Source of the DNA: the human T2T-CHM13v2.0 reference genome, Homo sapiens
Length of the DNA: 64,000 nucleotides
Assembly: GCF_009914755.1 (NCBI RefSeq)
Contig: NC_060927.1
Direction: 5' to 3' (one strand)
Position 1 is the first letter of the stretch, and every line of letters starts with the position of its first letter. Below are positions 61,060-64,000 of the stretch, piece by piece. Made by a program: the position numbers and the translations under genes. A model generated the notes under the pieces. That model was not told the origin of the DNA. It was given only the letters and a program-made list of their open reading frames with translations, and did no database searches.

Positions 61060-61330
61060 GTGTTATAGTTAAGAGAGTTACATAAGTGTACAGTGGGAGG
61101 CTATGCAACCATCCAAAGGAATACTCATCAAGGATTTTTAGTTACATGGAAAATACTGATCCTATGATCAGAAGGGAAATATATAGCATGCAAAGGTATA
61201 TCCTTCGTGAGATCTCAGATAGAGAAAATGCATTGTAGAAAGACTAAATGAAATATACTAAAATATCAACAAAAATGGTTTTCTAGATGGCAGGATTATG
61301 GGTGATTTTTGTTATTTTATATCTTATGCA
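61060..61330 (+). mobile_element. Ancient L1ME 3'UTR fragment
   Basis: GAAATATACTAAATATCAACA...TGGTTTTCTAGATGGCAGGATTATGGGTGATTTTT. Confidence 0.6.
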
Positions 61331-61429
61331 TGGATTATGAAATGAAACTAATAGAAACTGTAAGAAAATAAACATAATGATAAAAATGAGAATTTAGAGT
61401 CTATTTTTAATGAATTATACACTATGTTA

Positions 61430-61580
61430 AGTTTTTATATACGTTTACAGATGAGGATACTAAATCTTAGAGGAGACATGACAAAATAATTTTACCCAAG
61501 GTCATACAGTTAGTAAACAGCAGTTAGAATTCAAATCCAGGATTTGTTCCAGGGCCTCATTTCCAACCACTGCATGGAGC
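61430..61580 (-). mobile_element. MIR
   Basis: TTTACAGATGAGGATACT...CCCAAGGTCATACAGTTAGTAA...ATTCAAATCCAGG. Confidence 0.78.
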
Positions 61581-62553
61581 TACCTTTCTGTTCTTCACGC
61601 ACACTTTATGTATAAATAAACCATTGGAAGGTGTCATGAATTCTTTGCTAAAAGAGGCAGCTGTGTGGCTACTTCTCACATCATTCAGGAGCCTGGAATC
61701 TACTCTTTTCCTTTCACAAGGACTGTCACTTTTGGTGATTCTCTTTTTCTTTCTAAATGAAAGGCTCAATTTTTGTTCAAACCAAACCAAATGAGCAGGG
61801 CTTCTCAACACTGTCCTTCCAGGTTGTAACAGCTCCAGCCATTGACTTGAGCTTAACTTTTAGAAGCAACTTTGGCATGTTTTTGAAGGCAGAGTTTTCC
61901 CCAAGCTCTTGTGCTAACTTTTCGGACATGTTTACATCCTAACACCACTCCCGTTATCCCACAGTAAATATTAAGCCTGAGTCCTTCTAATTCATACCAG
62001 GCTTGTCATTCTTGCTGTAAAACTTGAAAAGCATCAAACCTAATCCCTTCAGAAAGAGGCCTGTTTTTACTTATGTCTCTTATTCTATGCATACTTTTAT
62101 TAATCTCAACTTTCTTTGGAGCAACCTCTTTCAGACTAGGAATTCTAATACAAACACATTATCAGTTAAAATTTTCTGAGATTTTCATTTTGCTTCAGGA
62201 AAAAAAATTCTCTTTGGTGGTGTCCTAGGATCATCTGAATTAAGGTCAGAGGGCAACTCTGTAATTGATTCCATCCTATTAATAATTTTGAGGGAGCGTT
62301 TGAATGTTATGCTCTGACAAGCCAGGCCTAATTTTCATGGTTGCCAATAAAATGCTATTTGTAGTCCTCAGTGATGATACAAAATGATGAATGTAAATGA
62401 TGGCCCAGATAAACCAGAGGACTGGACTACTGAAGGTGAGGTTTTCTTGGACTAGACTAATTTAGGGAAAGATAGCATCGTTGACAATCATTTATTCTGA
62501 AAACTTGAATAAGCGTTAATATTACTTTTGCTGTGCAGAATTTAGATAGCAAG

Positions 62554-63081
62554 TGCGGCACATTTAAAACATGGCCCCAAGTACTCTGCTCCTTCTCCCG
62601 CTGGAAAGGGAAGCCTTGTCCCTTCCCCTTGAATCTGGGTGGGCTTGTAACTGCTTCAACTAATGATGAACTGTCAAGGGCAGAAAATCAAAGCAATACC
62701 TTCCACCTGTTTCTCTTACAATTCTCCCTCTTGTTGTACTTTCTGAATCATCCTTCTTGGAATCCAGTTGTCATGCTGTGAAAAGACCCAGTCCACAAAA
62801 AGCCCTCGTGTAAGTGCTCCGGATGATAGTCCTAGCGAAGTCCAGCTTTCAAGTCATCCTAGTTCAGGTGCAGATATGTGAGAGAAAAAGCCTTTAGATG
62901 ATTGCAACCCATAGCAGTTCAATTCTTCCCAGGTGCAGCTCCAGACACAATGGAGCAGCAACAAGCCATTCCCACTGCAGTCCCAAAGCCAACACACTGA
63001 GTCAGTGAGCATCATGGAACGGTGGCTGTTTCACACTATTCAGTTATGAGTGGTTGTTACACAAAATAGAGAACCAGAATA
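62554..63081 (+). mobile_element. MLT1G-like MaLR solo LTR
   Basis: CCCCTTGAATCTGGGTGGGCTTGTAACTGCTT...CAGACACAATGGAGCAG...AATAGAGAACCAGAATA. Confidence 0.8.
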
Positions 63082-63319
63082 GTTAGCTTTTAAATTTTCT
63101 CTCCCATTCTTAGTTTTTCAAATAATGCCTTACTTGCTCTTACTTTATTTGCTATTAACTGAGAAGCCCCAAAGAATGTCAGAAGCATGTTGATAAAAAG
63201 ATAAACATGATTAAGAGATTTTGGGGGGTGGGGCTGGGGATTGAGAAAGAAGAACATGTAACATGCCCACAAATGCTGGTACATATCTCCTGGCTTTTGT
63301 GGTATGCAAAAATAAGTAC

Positions 63320-63555
63320 CAATATTTGGACTTGACAGAGAACTTTCAAATGCATCTCCTTGTTTGATGCAATAGAATTGTCACGAAAATCTTACAAAAT
63401 GAGTATGATCATCATTATCATCCTTATTTTACAGATTAAGAAACTGGGGTTCAGAGAGGTTAATATATTGCCCAAAGTCACACAGCTGCTGGGGTAGGGA
63501 GGCTGAGGGGACCAGAACTCATGTCCCCTGGCCTCCCATCCCTTGCTGTGCCTGG
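63320..63555 (-). mobile_element. MIR
   Basis: ATTTTACAGATTAAGAAACTGGGGTTCAGAGAGGTTAA...GCCCAAAGTCACACAGCT. Confidence 0.85.
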
Positions 63556-63624
63556 CACCAGTTGCCTTACAAGAAGAGAACTGCTGCCCCTTTGTGGCAG
63601 CTGATCTTTCTTCATACTATCCAG

Positions 63625-63689
63625 AGCTCCAAACTTTGTAGGAAGCCAGAAGCGTCTCCTTTGTTGAACAGTGCCAAAATAGCAGCTCT
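63625..63689 (+). ncRNA. Candidate 65-nt internal exon of a plus-strand transcript
   Basis: Branch-like CTGAT (63601), TCTTTCTTCATACTATCCAG|AG acceptor, TCT|GTAAGT donor; unique sequence between a MIR and an L1. Confidence 0.5.
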
Positions 63690-63819
63690 GTAAGTTTCCA
63701 CTCAGGGATGGAGGGGTGGAAGAGAGGGATACCAGCTGAGCTTTCATTATTCTGGGAAAAGCACAAGGACTTCTGAGGATTCTTAGTGCAGACCTCATGC
63801 CTTCATCCATTGTGCATCA

Positions 63820-64000
63820 TTTTTAGAAGTTTGATTATTGAAAGTTATCTTCTATGTCTCTGCTTAACATATTCAATCTTTTCTCTAGCTTCTTGAACAT
63901 ATGAAATGCAGTTATACTATCTGTTTTCATGTTTCTGTCTACTAATTCTATCATCTGTGTCATTTGTGGGTCAGTTTCAATTGGCCCAGATGGGTTGCCT
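63820..64000 (-). mobile_element. Ancient L1M 5'/ORF1-region fragment (runs off the window)
   Basis: TTCTTGAACATATGAAATGCAGTTATA...CTAATTCTATCATCTGTGTCATTT...GGGTCAGTTTCAATTG. Confidence 0.65.

Overview
Primate (most likely human) non-coding genomic DNA, AT-rich and CpG-depleted. I find no credible protein-coding gene; the supplied ORFs are chance ORFs or are read from Alu, L1, MaLR and microsatellite sequence. Much of the window is interspersed repeat recognised from remembered consensus sequences (subfamily calls are approximate): eight Alu/FLAM copies, an L1PA 3' fragment, a decayed ancient L1M block (~33.9-45.1 kb, minus) with ORF2 endonuclease/RT remnants, L2, MIR, a full-length THE1 MaLR, solo LTRs and hAT MITEs. 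The most notable non-repeat signal is at ~19.4-24.3 kb: a CpG-enriched promoter-like segment followed on the minus strand by a collinear series of well-formed splice sites and poly(A) signals, i.e. a candidate multi-exon lncRNA. It overlaps a plus-strand (TG)30-poly(Y) cryptic-exon architecture, and a clean 65-nt plus-strand exon candidate lies at 63625-63689. Also visible: a triplicated target site (Alu plus L1), two template-switch hairpins, and an apparent templated-insertion scar that built a forkhead/GATA cluster. I could not identify the locus; all transcript and regulatory calls are predictions.
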